Of a DNA stretch of 64,000 bases, positions 23,951 through 37,039 are shown one piece after another. Every line of letters begins with the position of its first letter. Position 1 is the first letter of the stretch. Under the pieces are notes generated by a model. It made no database searches. It saw only the letters and a program-made list of their open reading frames with translations, and was not told the DNA's origin. The position numbers and the translations under genes were made by a program. Source of the stretch: Chrysomallon squamiferum (lineage: Eukaryota > Animalia > Mollusca); assembly GCA_012295275.1 (NCBI GenBank), contig CM022675.1, positions 14,694,001 through 14,758,000 of the forward strand, in the 5' to 3' direction.

Positions 23951-26900
23951 TTACCTAAAGTGCTGTAAAGCAGCAGCTAATACACATACATAAACACATG
24001 CATGACATTGTTTTGTGTTTAATAAATTCATAGATCAACATCTGGTGTCATGTTGTTCTGATTACAGTCTTACAAAATAAAGATGCTTTTTTGATATATT
24101 GGTTAAGTATTATCTAAAAATAAAGCCTGATATTTTAAGCAGTTTTATAAACACATTTTCCCCCTTTTTTCATTTCTAGACAGGCATGTAATTAAGTTCT
24201 AAAGCTAGAGGCAAAAATTCAAATTTTGAAAACCTAAATAAAAAACCTATATAATCATTACACAAATTAAAAACAACAACATTAGAGTGATTTTTTTGCA
24301 CCATGTCACTTCAGCATATACCTAACACTATTCCTGTTATCAGCATATGCATTATCATTTTCATATTCCTCAAAATATACATAAAATCTACTTCTGTTAC
24401 TTCATCATAAGATTTGATTACTCTATATTCGAGTGTGGCACTTAATGTTTAAAACATGACTTCCTGATTCACTGAAATGAAATTAGACCTAACAATATTT
24501 ACTAGTTGCTTATTGATGATAATTCTAATTAATTTAGATCTGGTCAATGAGCATTACATAGTTTTTGAATATGAAACATTTTACACTAGCTCAACTTATA
24601 CAAATTTCCAGTAAGAAACAGAAAATCCATTTTATTTGTTGTTGTTGCTGCATTTCTTCAGAAGAATGATCAATCCAATCAGTTATGTCAGAAAAAAAAT
24701 ATTAATTACAGCAAAATATGCTTAAGTTTTCTTAAGAACAGAAAAGAAATTCATGGATTGAATTACTTTTATATATATCTATCTCTATCTATCCATTATA
24801 AAAAGTGCAACATTATTTAATTTTTTATCAAACAAAAATTGCTTTACTAGTGATAAAATTTGTCATCGATTAGTAAAAACTTAGCTCCTGTCTTAGTACA
24901 TGCACTAAATTAGCTGAGAAGTTTAGTACATTTCAACAAGGTAACCAGTCGTTGGTTGGTTGTTTTTGTGTTATGACCAGAGATTGGTGATTTCAGATTC
25001 ATGCCTGGATCAGTTACTGGAAGTCTTCTCTTGACCGTTATCTTCGTTCTTGATATTCACTGATCCTGCAATAACAACAACAATAAAGATGATGATGATA
25101 TTTTTGATGATAATCATAAATATGTTTCTACATGGATGGATGGATGATACATAGAAGAATGCCAGACCAACACACAGACTAGGTATGGTGTGAAAGAATA
25201 TTTGTTATTTTCAGTGCAGCCTGGTGGGTCAAAGTTTAATCTTTCTGAAAGTGTGCACAACATCACTGGTAATGGATTTTTGCTAGACTTCAAACCAATT
25301 TAAAAAACTGGCTGAATTTAAAACCTACAAACTAATAATGAAATAAAAGCTGATTTAATTACTTGACATTACAATGTGCCATCTTTGGTGTAGACTAACA
25401 GCATTTGAAAGTAGCACATACTTAACAAAACTGCCACAAATTAAATTTCCTATTGGGCCAAATCGAAACATGTTTTATTTGCAGCTGGAAAGGATTGGCA
25501 CTATCTAAAATGATTATGTTATTAAAATATATTAATGATTAAACTTACTATCATTCAGTTGATGTTTTTATTTTTAACCACTTTTCTGTGTTTAGAGTAT
25601 TAGTGTATGTAATTATAATAAAATGGATTATCCACAATGTTTCTTTGGCATTAATTCTGTACAATTTACTAGTAGAAATAAATCTGTTTTCTTTATTACA
25701 ATTCATGTTAATTAACTATTACACTGTTAGTGTTGAGTGAAAATCATGTAATCCTGAGCGATGGCCTCCAAAATCATGTTATGATCAAATGTTAAGACTA
25801 ATGGTGGTATTGTGCATGTATATGGAATATAATTAGGCATGATTAATAACAATCTTACATCTAATAATCAAATGATGTATTTGGTGTAAGACAGGCAGAC
25901 ATCATTCATATTTATATTTGATTTCATACGATATATAATTATTACTCTATGCCAGTATATGGTCTGCGAGTGACAATATCAGCAATGTGTCACAAAATTT
26001 CAATGAATATTGGAAACTTTTTGGTAAGCAAGAAATAAAAAAATTAATAAAAAAATTAAAAAGTATAATTATAGAATATATGTATTTATAATAATGATTT
26101 ATTGAGCAAGATTTACAGCCATTGTTTTGATGTGTTTATAGGTTCTTATATTTGTGAACCAGGCGATTCAGATCCATGGCAAATTTAAATCAAGCAGAAA
26201 AGGGGAGTGTAGATTGTCCAATGTTATATAAAAAATACCCACATAACATTATCTAGAATAATACATTGATTCACATGTAAAAATGCAGTTTAGTTGCTAT
26301 GTCCAAGCTGAGAAGAGCATGCTGATTGGCAAGATAGCATACGATTACTGTCTGCAGATTACTGTCTCTTCCACCCTAAACCAAAGATGATTGTTTTGCT
26401 TGTAAATTTCTTGTGATAGACAGCGATATTAAGAATTGTGAACATAACCCTATACAACACTGAGTATTAGTAGTATTGGTCAAATGTTGAACAAAATAAT
26501 CTTTTTTTTCTTCTATCATAAAATGATAAAGCAAAAAATAATGTTTTAAAATCAGTTTATGTGTTGTTTAACTCCACAGTCAGATGATAGTAAAATTTTG
26601 TTGGTAATTAAAGCATGTTCAAAGCTGCAGTCCATTTAAATTATATACATATATAATATTGCAACTGGATGAAAGATTCCTGCAGTGATGCTGATCTCCA
26701 AAGACTCATTTTTTCCACATAGAAGATTTGAAGAGTGCTTTTCTGCAGATTGGCAGACAAAGAAAAGTCAAGAAGATGAAAATCACGAACACTTTTTGTA
26801 CAAGTGAAAATGACGAAAGATGAAGGCAAAACTTTGTCCGGATGTTCCCAAGTGTGTCAGCAGCCCATCAGTTGAGGTATTTGATAGAAAGTGCCTCAAC

Positions 26901-28414
26901 ATATCTGAAAATACATACTCCAGATGAAGCTGCAGACATTCTTGCAAAGCTGGTGGATGCTAAAGGTATTGGAGGTTGTTTTAAAGCTGGACATGGCACG
27001 CTTTTCTAGAAGAACCACTGAAATACATGGATTCTTCTCCCAACAATGGCTTGCTGACAGAACTTGATCATTTTGGCAAGAAGCTGAAATTATCATTTTT
27101 ATTACATGCACTCTTGGTGTAACAAGAACAGACACATTGCCTAACCCAAATTCCAGACAATATTGGACAAAATAATGAAAGAACTGATAAAGATGCAGAG
27201 CAACAGATGCAAGATTGGTGGTGTCACAGCTTTTTTCATGTAGAATGACATCTTTTGTCAAATTTTCTCCCTGCATTTCATTCACATTATCCAGACTGCT
27301 AGTAATGCAGCAGAAACAAACTTAAAATTTGCTGCATTTCTACGACACAATGAGAAACTTGAAATGAAATTGTCTCCTTTGAAGGACAAATATGCAGTTC
27401 TGATTCAGAATGCAAGAAGACAAGGCTGCAATACTTTCCATTTGAGATATCCATTTGTCAAGATTTTGCAGCAATTCTGAATAGTGAGGAGAGGAATAGT
27501 AACCTTCAGGAAGAAAAGGCAGAGTTAAATAATGACATCAGGGATCTGAAGGAAGAGAACATTCGGAGAAGGTATAATCTGCTGCTAACAAGTAATAAGT
27601 GGGTGCTGAAAAACAACAACATGGAGCTTCTTCATATGGTGGTAAACCATTTTAATCTCACGCAGTAAGGCCTTTAACCATACCCGAACAGGGCATCTAT
27701 CAAGCAGTGGAAAGTTTTTGCAGTGATATCTGTATGGTTTGTTGTGTTTATTAACATAGAAAATTGGTCTTAACTTACTTATTAAACTACGGATCGCAAT
27801 TTGAAAATGTCAGTAACACATTGATTATTTACCTATATGGGTCATTCTATGAAAGTAGGAGCCACAGTGATCATCTATTTTAAACCTGTTGTATGAATGA
27901 ACTGTCCAGTTATTTTTTTTTATATGCTACAAATTTCTAAAAAATCTATTAAAACAGCTTTACAATGTGAAATATGTACTTTGGAGTTTGTGTACTAATG
28001 TTATAAATTGAGTACCAAAATGCTGCAGATTTGTCATTCCTCAGACGCCTTAAGTAAATACTCTGCAAAATAGATAAAGTAACGTATCAAACTATATGCA
28101 CTTGCTGAGATTGTTAATGGGCACATTATCTTTAATCTGTTACGAAATTGTTTCTTTAAGGTGATTAGTTTTTCAACATATTTATAAATTTTGTTTATCA
28201 TCACCAATGTAACACTTGGTTTACACTTTGACAACATCAATATTTACATTACATTCAGAGAGCGTGAACAAAAATAGGACCACGTGTTCTGATGAGCATA
28301 TTAACACAGTATTTCTAATAGTCTGGGAGCCAACTGCCATTTTTTCCCTTAACCTTGCATTATTGTATTAAGGTTAATTTTACTGTTGATTTTGGTAGCC
28401 AAGGGTCTCTATTT

Positions 28415-28757
28415 TCTATGGCTGATACCGGTCTGTCAGATATAGTGTCCTCTGTGTTTGGTGGTGTGTCGAAAATGCTCACTGGAAATGTTTCCCCAGA
28501 ACGTCAGAACATTATGAATGGTAGCTGAAGAGACACTTTGTGGAATCATTCAGGATAAACCACTACATTGCAGTGGTGAACTCATGCAAATTCTCGAAAC
28601 CAAAGCCAGCAAGAGTCAAACTACCAAACTTTGGGTTGATGTCTTGATAAAACCTTTCCTGTTCACAATGGTGTTTGTATGGGCTGAGTGCAAAGGTGAC
28701 TGGCCACTCCATCTGGCAACCTACAAGCAAATGCTACCATACTTCATTGCTGTAGGG
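28415..28757 (+). mobile_element. AcademX-like transposase fragment, interrupted by hAT
   Basis: GLSDIVSSVFGGVSKMLTG..FPQNVR and KGDWPLHLATYKQMLPYFIAVG|, resuming at 31219 as HVNDVRYGLCYL. The family name is from my recollection of these motifs. Confidence 0.6.
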
Positions 28758-31210
28758 CACTGATTCTCAACTGCCGTGTCTTGACATACAAGTGTGTTGC
28801 GAAACTTTGTGACGAACACCTGAAAACACAGACAATGTGCATAAAGGAACTTCCTTTCTCCAATGAATATGCACATATTCAAAGTCCACCGATCAGTGGC
28901 AGCCACCAACCTTTGCACCTTTCGCTCAAGGTCGATCAGTGGCAGCCACCAACCTTTGCACCTTTCGCTCAAGGTCGATCAGTTGCCCATGAGACGTCAT
29001 TGTGATAGGTTGTGTGTGCGCATGCGTAATGCTGATTGCCGAATTAACTTCGCTGTGTTTTAAATTATTGTCATTCTTAAACACTTATTAGTAAAGAGAT
29101 GTAGCTAACTAGGTGTATTTAGTTAAGAAATTATGCAAGTTAGAACAGACTTTGCAAATCTGTCATCAGGGCAAATCTGTTCAGTTAACAGTGTTTACTA
29201 TTTACTTACATTGAACTCAATCGTACTGCACACTCAATTTTGACCTCTAAATTACAGATGAATTTAAACTAAATTAGCTTGTGACTAATCATAACTAGAA
29301 CTGAACTCTGTTTTCTGTGCTTGCATATTTTTCAATTGGTTTAGCTCAGAATCAGTGTTGTTCACGCACTTTCAAACTATTGGTTTTAGCTCGCAATACT
29401 TGAGTTAAATCATATGGTGAATTAATTAAATAAGGATATTCAGTTTTTGTTATTGCATTGGTAGAATAAAGGTTAGTTTTTACCATATATTTCAGAAGGT
29501 GACTGAGTGAAATTTTTTTTGAACACTACTTAATGTTCCAGTTTGACACAGGAGGCTGACAGTTGACACACGGATCAGTTTAACACTGCCTGTTGTTTAC
29601 TGTTGTTGGTTAGAGTACGCGCGTGTTAATTGCTTATGAATACCCCTTCACAATGGATAAATTTGTTAAAAGGAAGGATTAGTGACGGGTGTGAGGTTGA
29701 AACAGAACATACAATGAAGCCCACAAAATCCAGCACAAAAAAGGCAAAAGTTCACCATAATAGACGGTATTGTGATGATTATTTGAAGTTTGGATTTTCT
29801 TGGTCAGGAGATGTTGCTCAACTATGTCCATTATGTATAGTTTGTGGTGAAAAAATGGCCAATGAATCCATGATACCAAATAAATTACAAAGACATTTCA
29901 CGACGAAACATTCCTACCTACAAGATAAAGATCTGAATTATTTTCAAAGACTGTTACGACAGCAATCAAAGCAATGCAATGTTTTTCAGAAAACAATGAC
30001 CGTGTCTGAATGGGCTCAACTTGCTTCAATTGAGGTAGCTGAAATAATAACAATGAAATCCAAATCCCACACTCTTGCTGAGTCAGTTATCCTTCCCGCT
30101 TGTAAAAAGATGGTGAAATCCATGTTAGGCGAAACAGCTGAAATTTTTTTTAGTAAAATTCCGCTTTCAAATGATACAATACACAGGAGAATTGTAGATT
30201 TATCTGAAAACATTGAAACTAATGTTCAGAAAAAACGAAGGATCTAAATTTGCTTTAATAGTTGACGAATTGACTGATATCAGTAACAGTGCTCAATTGC
30301 TTGTATTTGTTCATTTCATTAATGATGATGAAATAATCAATCAGTATTTTTTGATAAAGAAAAGCACGAAAGATTTTGTAAATATCTTCGATGTGAATTT
30401 TGGATGGCCAAAATGGAATATTTAACGGAAATATTTGGTCAGCTTAATATTGTGAACAGTAGTATGCAAGTTCAAAACAAAAATATTCTAACTTCGACAG
30501 ATAAGTTGGTTGCCCTTAAAAAGAAAATTATTTGGAAAAACAGAGCAAAGTTGGGTGAGTTTGATATGTTTCCTACAATGCGTACTAACTGCACTAAAGA
30601 AATGATCCCTATCATGGTTGAGCATCTGACAGCACTCGAAGAAAACATCGACCACTACTTTCCGTCGCTGTACACTGAAAAGTACGACTGGGTTCGTAAT
30701 CCTTTTGTAGATGTTCCTTCTAATATTGGGTTTAAATTATGCGAAGAAGAAGAATTGGCTACCATTTCAAGTGACCGCAGTCTTAAAATAAAGCATTCTG
30801 AGGTAGATATCGACACGTTTTGGATTTCAATACAAAAGGAATTTCCCGCATTAGCTGAAAAAGCCCTGTTCTTTTACAATTCTCTACTTCTTATTTGGGC
30901 TTTTCAACCTTAAATAATATAAAAAATAAGAAGAGAGAAAGACTACATTCCACTGAAGAAGAAATGAGAGTTTGCTTATCGCACATACGACCAAATATTC
31001 AAGAAGTCATAAGCAACACCAGGCACAAGTTTCACACTAGGTTAAGTGGCAATTCTGGGACACTACCATAATAAACTGTATCAGACAAGTCCATGTATTT
31101 TTTAATTTATTTTACGATTTCGTCATATAATATTTAAAATTATTACTGTGTCGCGACAGTTTCATGCGCTCGTAGGTATGTCGAGAGTAAAAAAAGGTTG
31201 AGAAACACTG
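28758..31210 (+). mobile_element. hAT (Charlie/Buster-like) transposon with internal deletion
   Basis: TIRs cactgattctcaac / gttgagaaacactg and a perfect TSD ctgtaggg. Transposase at 29630-31040 lacks the second-D/CxxH/RW region (deletion at ~30350). A 43-bp tandem duplication lies at 28891-28976. Confidence 0.93.
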
Positions 31211-31499
31211 CTGTAGGGCATGTAAACGATGTGAGATATGGGCTGTGCTACCTTCATGAAGTGGAATGGCTACCACAAGATGTCACACTTCATAAAGTTA
31301 CGTTTGGTTACGTGATCAATGTGCTAATGATGGGTCACATTCAACTGCATTAGATGCCCTGTGACAAAAATGTAATTCTGGGGCCTTTTTCTGGGATTTG
31401 AAACAAAAAAGAATCACATATAATTGTTGGAATTGGGGTGTTTATAAATGTTTATTGCAAAATTGCGAAAATGGCAATGGTTGATTTAATATGTCAGAA

Positions 31500-33585
31500 G
31501 CATACAGATTGGTACCAATATCTGAAGAGGGACAGACTGATAAATTTTGTCTGCTATTCGAGCGAACTGCCAAAAGGTTAGAGTGATCTGAAACAAAGTG
31601 GGTATTGTTAGCCATGTTGAGATTTACAGGTAAAACTAGTGAGGCATATAATTCTCTGAGTGCAAGACAGCATGAGTTGGCTAAGGCAGCAGTCTTACAA
31701 ATATATGAATTATGTTCAGTAGAACAATGATTAATGTGAATTATAGAAACTGAAGGTCAATGTTATGTAGACTTTTTGCCAGAAAAAAAGAGAAAAAAAA
31801 GAATTGTTTGATAAATGGAAAGGATCACAATAGGTTGAGGTTTATGAAGGCTTACAGGAATTGTTAAAAGGATACAATGCCATTCCCCTCACTGAGAAAG
31901 CCAAACAAATGCTAGCAATTACTCAAGATTGACTCTACCAATTTCATGCGGTCCCATTTGGCTTGAAAATGGCAGCAGCCATATTTATGTGACTAATGGA
32001 TACATTTAAAATTGCATTAATGAAGAAACCACATATTGGAAATGCACCAAACAAGCGTGAGTTGGCAAGATCACCACAGTGCTGGTTTTGTTAGAAACAG
32101 CTTTGGTTATGACCATCCTCCAAATAATGAAACTACTGTCATGTTTGTTAAGAGCATGATCCGAAATAACACCTATGCAACAAACCTTCAAATCCAAGCT
32201 GATGAAGGAAGATGAACAAGACATCCCAGAAATCCCCACTTTTCCTAGTCTCAACAGTTCCATGTACCTATGGACAAACCACTATACCTACTCCCGCAAA
32301 GACACTCCAAGGACCATGGTTGCAAACACATGATGGGAAGAGATTTTTGTATTCAGTGATGGTGATGCAGATAAGATGGTAGTCTTCTCTACCAAAAATC
32401 AACTTCTTGGAGAAGTGGATAAGATCTATATGGATGGTACCTTCTCCTGCTGTCCACTGCTCCACAACCATAAAGATGACCAAACCTACGCACTGTGTAT
32501 GCCTTGCTACCAGACCAATTAACTAACAACTAAGTCTGAAAACATAAAGACCCGCCAGGTTCAGCACCTGTTCAACCGAATGCTGGATCCCAATTGTATA
32601 CAGACTTCGAAATGGCAGCTATCCATGCAGTGGGACAGTAGTTTCCTAATGCAGACATCAAAGGCTGCACATTCCACTATGCACAGGACCCAACAGGCAG
32701 GCCTAGCCAAACAGTACAAGAATGACGATGCCATGAAAACCTAGGTGAGAAGATCTGCGGGTCTGCCATTACTTCCGATGAATGAGGTCCAGAGCAGTGG
32801 AAACCATTCCAGTAGTACACTGGAGCTGCTGAATTCAATGATCATTTCGTGACAACATGGTGGATGATGATGCAATATTTTCTCTTCACATGTGGAATCA
32901 CTTTACCAAGGCTGGCCCAAGAATGAACAACAGTATGGAAGGTTTCCATTTGTGAGTTAACAAACTGTTTCCTCATCGACATCCAACCATATACAGTTTT
33001 GTGGACTTGAGAATTGCCAAAGAGCAAAGTTGGTGAGGTTGAATGCTGGAGCTGCACCACCACTGAGGAAGAGAGTCTACTGGGTTCTCAACAACAGACT
33101 CCTACAGTACCTGGACACCACTAGTCACCTCATAAAGCTATAGTGATTGCTTTCTGGGAAATATATATTTTTTTAGATGAATGCCTTCTTTTTTAATTAT
33201 TTACATTCACTACAGGCAGATGCGATAACTGATATCCATACTATCTATACAATAATTATTGGTTTCCAAATGACCTGGAACTGTTCATTATAATGACTGA
33301 GGTAAAAATATGCATGTCAAAAAGACCACTGAACAACATTTAGCAGTTCAACCAGTTGGGAATTTGACCAAATAGGAGTAAGTTGTCATCAGCTGAACTA
33401 TTCCACATTTCCAAATCTATCTGAAGTCTTTACTGACCACAACCCTTTGACCTTCATACATCTGATGAAGGACAATAACCTGAGTATTTCGGTGGAGTCT
33501 CCTATTCCAAAAGTACTCCATTACCATTCACCATATAAGTGGGAAGTCAAATGTTATTTCAGATGCTTTCTCAAAGAGTTTATCT
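31500..33585 (+). mobile_element. Highly deleted Gypsy relic (gag, RT, RNase H) split by a MULE
   Basis: gag-like FERTAKRLE; RT LLKGYNAIPLTEKAK and VPFGLKMAAAIF; RNase H VFTDHNPLTF..SNVISDAFS. Confidence 0.7.
32020..33412 (+). mobile_element. FLYWCH-MULE transposon relic
   Basis: TYWKC, YMDGTF, DFEMAAIHAV, FPNADIKGCTFHYAQ and WNHFTKAGPRMNNSMEGFH. Confidence 0.8.
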
Positions 33586-33871
33586 CAGAGGTGGGCAAAC
33601 TATGGCCTGCGATATTTTATCTGGCCTGTCAGGAATTTTACAAACAATAAACCTATAACATTTTTAAATTTGTAGTCTTCATTTCACTGATTTTTTTCAC
33701 CTGCAATACTTAATTGGTACCATCAGTGTTGAGTTGTTTTTAATGTAACAGATTCCATGTGTATTTTTTATGCTTTATGGTCATTCCTTTTCCACCTCAT
33801 AATGGTGTGGCTCACTTGTCAGTTTCAAAAACTCAATGTGGCCATTGTGCCAAAACGTTTGCCCACCCCTG
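33586..33871. mobile_element. hAT MITE
   Basis: TIRs cagaggtgggcaaac / gtttgcccacccctg and a perfect TSD gtttatct. Confidence 0.9.
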
Positions 33872-33949
33872 GTTTATCTAGAGAGCTATGGTGTGTTAGA
33901 TGATAGCATGGGGAGAGTTTCAGCTGTGGCTCTACTATGGTGGGGACTG

Positions 33950-36600
33950 AAAAGGCTTGATGCGCTGTAACTATCACTGCTGACATATCAGAGGAGTTAT
34001 CACTTGTCTTTGAGGAAGATGAAGAAAGGAGGTAAGATTGTTTTTAGGCAGTTTCCAAAAAATTAATGCACTCATGTCATGAAAAGCCGTAATGCAGAAT
34101 GATGAAGATCTGGAATTCTTGCATTGCAATGGCCAATATCTCCTTGGACTTGCAACTGCTGTAGACTGAGTCTTCAAATTGATGCAAAACAACAACAGTC
34201 CCAAAGGCAGAGAATGTTTAATGAAGTCTGATGGTTCCATGAAAACACATTCAGCTACCAGACTCATTTGTGAAGCATGTCACTGCCTTGGATAGAGGGG
34301 ATGAGAAATTTGCATGCAGGAAAAATTGGCTTGCATATGGCATGATAAACCAGTTGAAGTCTGAAATACATCCTTTAAAGATAACAGATTCAACAACATT
34401 TTTGAAGCCAGTGCACCTCGCCTCTTTCATTGCCAGGAAATCCATGGTTTCTTTGAGTCCTACAAGTACAGGTCAACACTGGCTGAAGTCTCCATTACCT
34501 CCATTTCTATACCTATGTGGTCATGATGCACTAGTTCCTGAAAAGGTAAATCGTATTTTTATGTAGTCACGATAGTGCATTAACTATTAATTTAATACTG
34601 ATCTAGTCTAGGTGGGCACTTTGTTACATAACCCCTCCTAGCAACAGCCCCTCTAATACATAACTAGACCATGTGCAGGCCATATGGCCAGTACTTACAT
34701 AATACATCCACTAGTTCTGTTTACTACTAGGGTATTGTCTGCAATCTGGCGACAGCAAGTCTGACCATCTTAGAAAATATGCTGTCAGGGTTGCTGTGGA
34801 AATATCACTTGTAGGTATTTGGTACTGCCTTATACCCCAAAGCGATATTCTAAATTGTAATAAATAGAGAGAATTTAGAGTGAAACATGGGGAGAGACAT
34901 CAGGACAGCGCCGGGTAATGTTAGTCCAACAGGACTTAGTGATTATATATTTTCTGCTCTGTTGTATAACCTTGATGTGATTGATTTGACTTGAAATGTT
35001 TTATTCCTGTGTTATACCAATATTATTAAGATTAAGTAAATTGTAGGCTTTACTGTCTAAAATTATTAAAGCTTAGCCAGTCATCCTAGAGGACTTAGGT
35101 AAAGCTTAGGTTATTGTCTTTATTGTGATAGGTACCAGTAATAATTCTGTATTACAAGGTTACTGAATGAGTATTTAAGGGTTAATTAAAAATTAACCAG
35201 TTAGGAATAGAGTTGTATTTCCTTTATTAAGTTCACCTGGCTGCGTTTCTCAATTATCACTCGTGTATGTGTGGTATCACGGTGAAGTGATTAGAATATT
35301 GTGTAAACTAGACACCTATTGATTAACTAATTAAGTGAGTAGTTCTGGGTTGTTATTATTACTGTTGTTGTTAGATATTTAACTGTGGCAAATATATTTG
35401 TCAGCTTAGAGTTAATACAGATTCCAAAGTGTATTGTGGTGTTTTCTAGTGAACTAAAGTGCTACATTATATATACTTTATATAAGATCTTATCTCTGAT
35501 CATACCTCAGGTATCGAACTACCCAATAGAGAGAGATCTAATAGATATCCAGTTAGGAGAAATATTTTGGATAATTGTCTTTTATTCAGTTACAGGTATT
35601 ATAGGATCCCCGTGACAGTAACCAATAACTGAATAAATTCTTTCATACCCTTTTGTCTTTTCTGTGGTTGGGGTTTGAGAGTGATAGCAGAATTTATACA
35701 ATACTAATATTGGTAATAAAAAAGAGTGAATAATTATTCATTTCTGTTCCTGTTTTTCAGGTGGACAATCTTCCAGTCACTGTCTGCAGGCTTTCTGGTT
35801 GTAGTCATTTGCCAGTTGATGGACCTCCTTCCAGATGGACACTATGCAGTCCAAGACCCTGTACAGCATGCTAGGCTGACCAGTGTTGTTGGAGAACAGT
35901 ATCTGGGGACTTGGACGTAAGCATGTTTAAGAGACGGAATGCTTTTGCACATCATTACACCAGCATCAACATGTTAAAAAAAAAGTCAAACTGGTTCTCC
36001 AACCTCACAGAACAGCTAAAAACAGCAACAAATTCCACAACTTCACAAGCAAAAGAATTTCTAAGGAAACAATGTTGATGAAATGATGTCACAACAGTGA
36101 GACATGAAGCTCTGACAGAAAACAAAGGAAGGCTGCAGCTGTAGAAGGACAATGACAGAAAAAAGAAACCATGATTGAGATGCTGTGGGCCCTCAGAGGA
36201 CCCTGTAAAATAGGATATTAACCACCTTTTGAAAGCATATGCAAAGGTAACACCAGCTCTTGGCTCTCAAGGCTGAAGTCCAGTACCAGAAGCTTACTGA
36301 GGGTGAACTCACTTCTACTGAAAGCACTCTGAAATTGCCTGAGCCTATGGCCCGTCTCAAGCAGTTTCCTGGTGAAGAGTCTGAACAAAATGAACCACAG
36401 TTGTGGTCTATGAAGACGAATTCTACAAAGGAGAAATTCTGACCATTCTACATGACAAGAATGCAACAGTCAATTTCACGAAAAGGTGTTGCATACAAGT
36501 GGCCACAAATAGACGACCAGGCAGTGGTGGAATCCAGATTTGTCATCCTGTCTGACTCAAATACATCAACAAATGGACGCATCTGGACCTCATTCTATTC
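33950..36600 (+). mobile_element. Unclassified intron-containing transposase-like relic
   Basis: EFLHCNGQYLLGL, RGDEKFACR and DNRFNNIF. After an intron (gt ~34546, ag 35760): QLMDLLPDG and DLDVSMFKRRN. Superfamily not assignable by eye. Confidence 0.5.
34622..35617. mobile_element. Solo-LTR-like element (~1 kb)
   Basis: TG...CA ends with short inverted termini tgttac / gtgaca and a non-coding interior. No matching TSD seen. Confidence 0.55.
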
Positions 36601-37039
36601 ATGCAAGGTTCAGTGAATACACAAGCAGTTGTATTTCCTTTGTGAAAAGGCTTTCTTAGCTTACAGGTGTACAAATATGTCATTTATATTGGAAATGAAA
36701 TAACAGTTTTGACAAACTGTTGGTTGGCTGTTTTTATGGGGGTGGGATGAAATTTTTTTTTAATACTAATGTTACATACCATTTGAAAGGTCTTTAAAAA
36801 CTGTTGACAACTCTGGTTTAATTTTTTTCAGCTGGACCAAAACTGAAATCACAGTGTCTAGAATATGTTTAGAATATTACTGAACACACACACACACACA
36901 CACACAGGTCTGAAAAAAATTAAGTTTAACAAGTTGGCCCCAGCAGAGTTGTTGATTTTAAGTCTTTTGTATGAATTATTTTTCAAACTAGTTGGCCAAA
37001 ATTCTTTTTCTGCTAGTTTGCCAAAATACGGTGAAAAAC

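Noticed and set aside
26600-27720. Coding-like stretch
   Set aside because: Probably a decayed TE ORF, but no diagnostic motif could be read. The same holds for 41800-42760 and 44530-45500.
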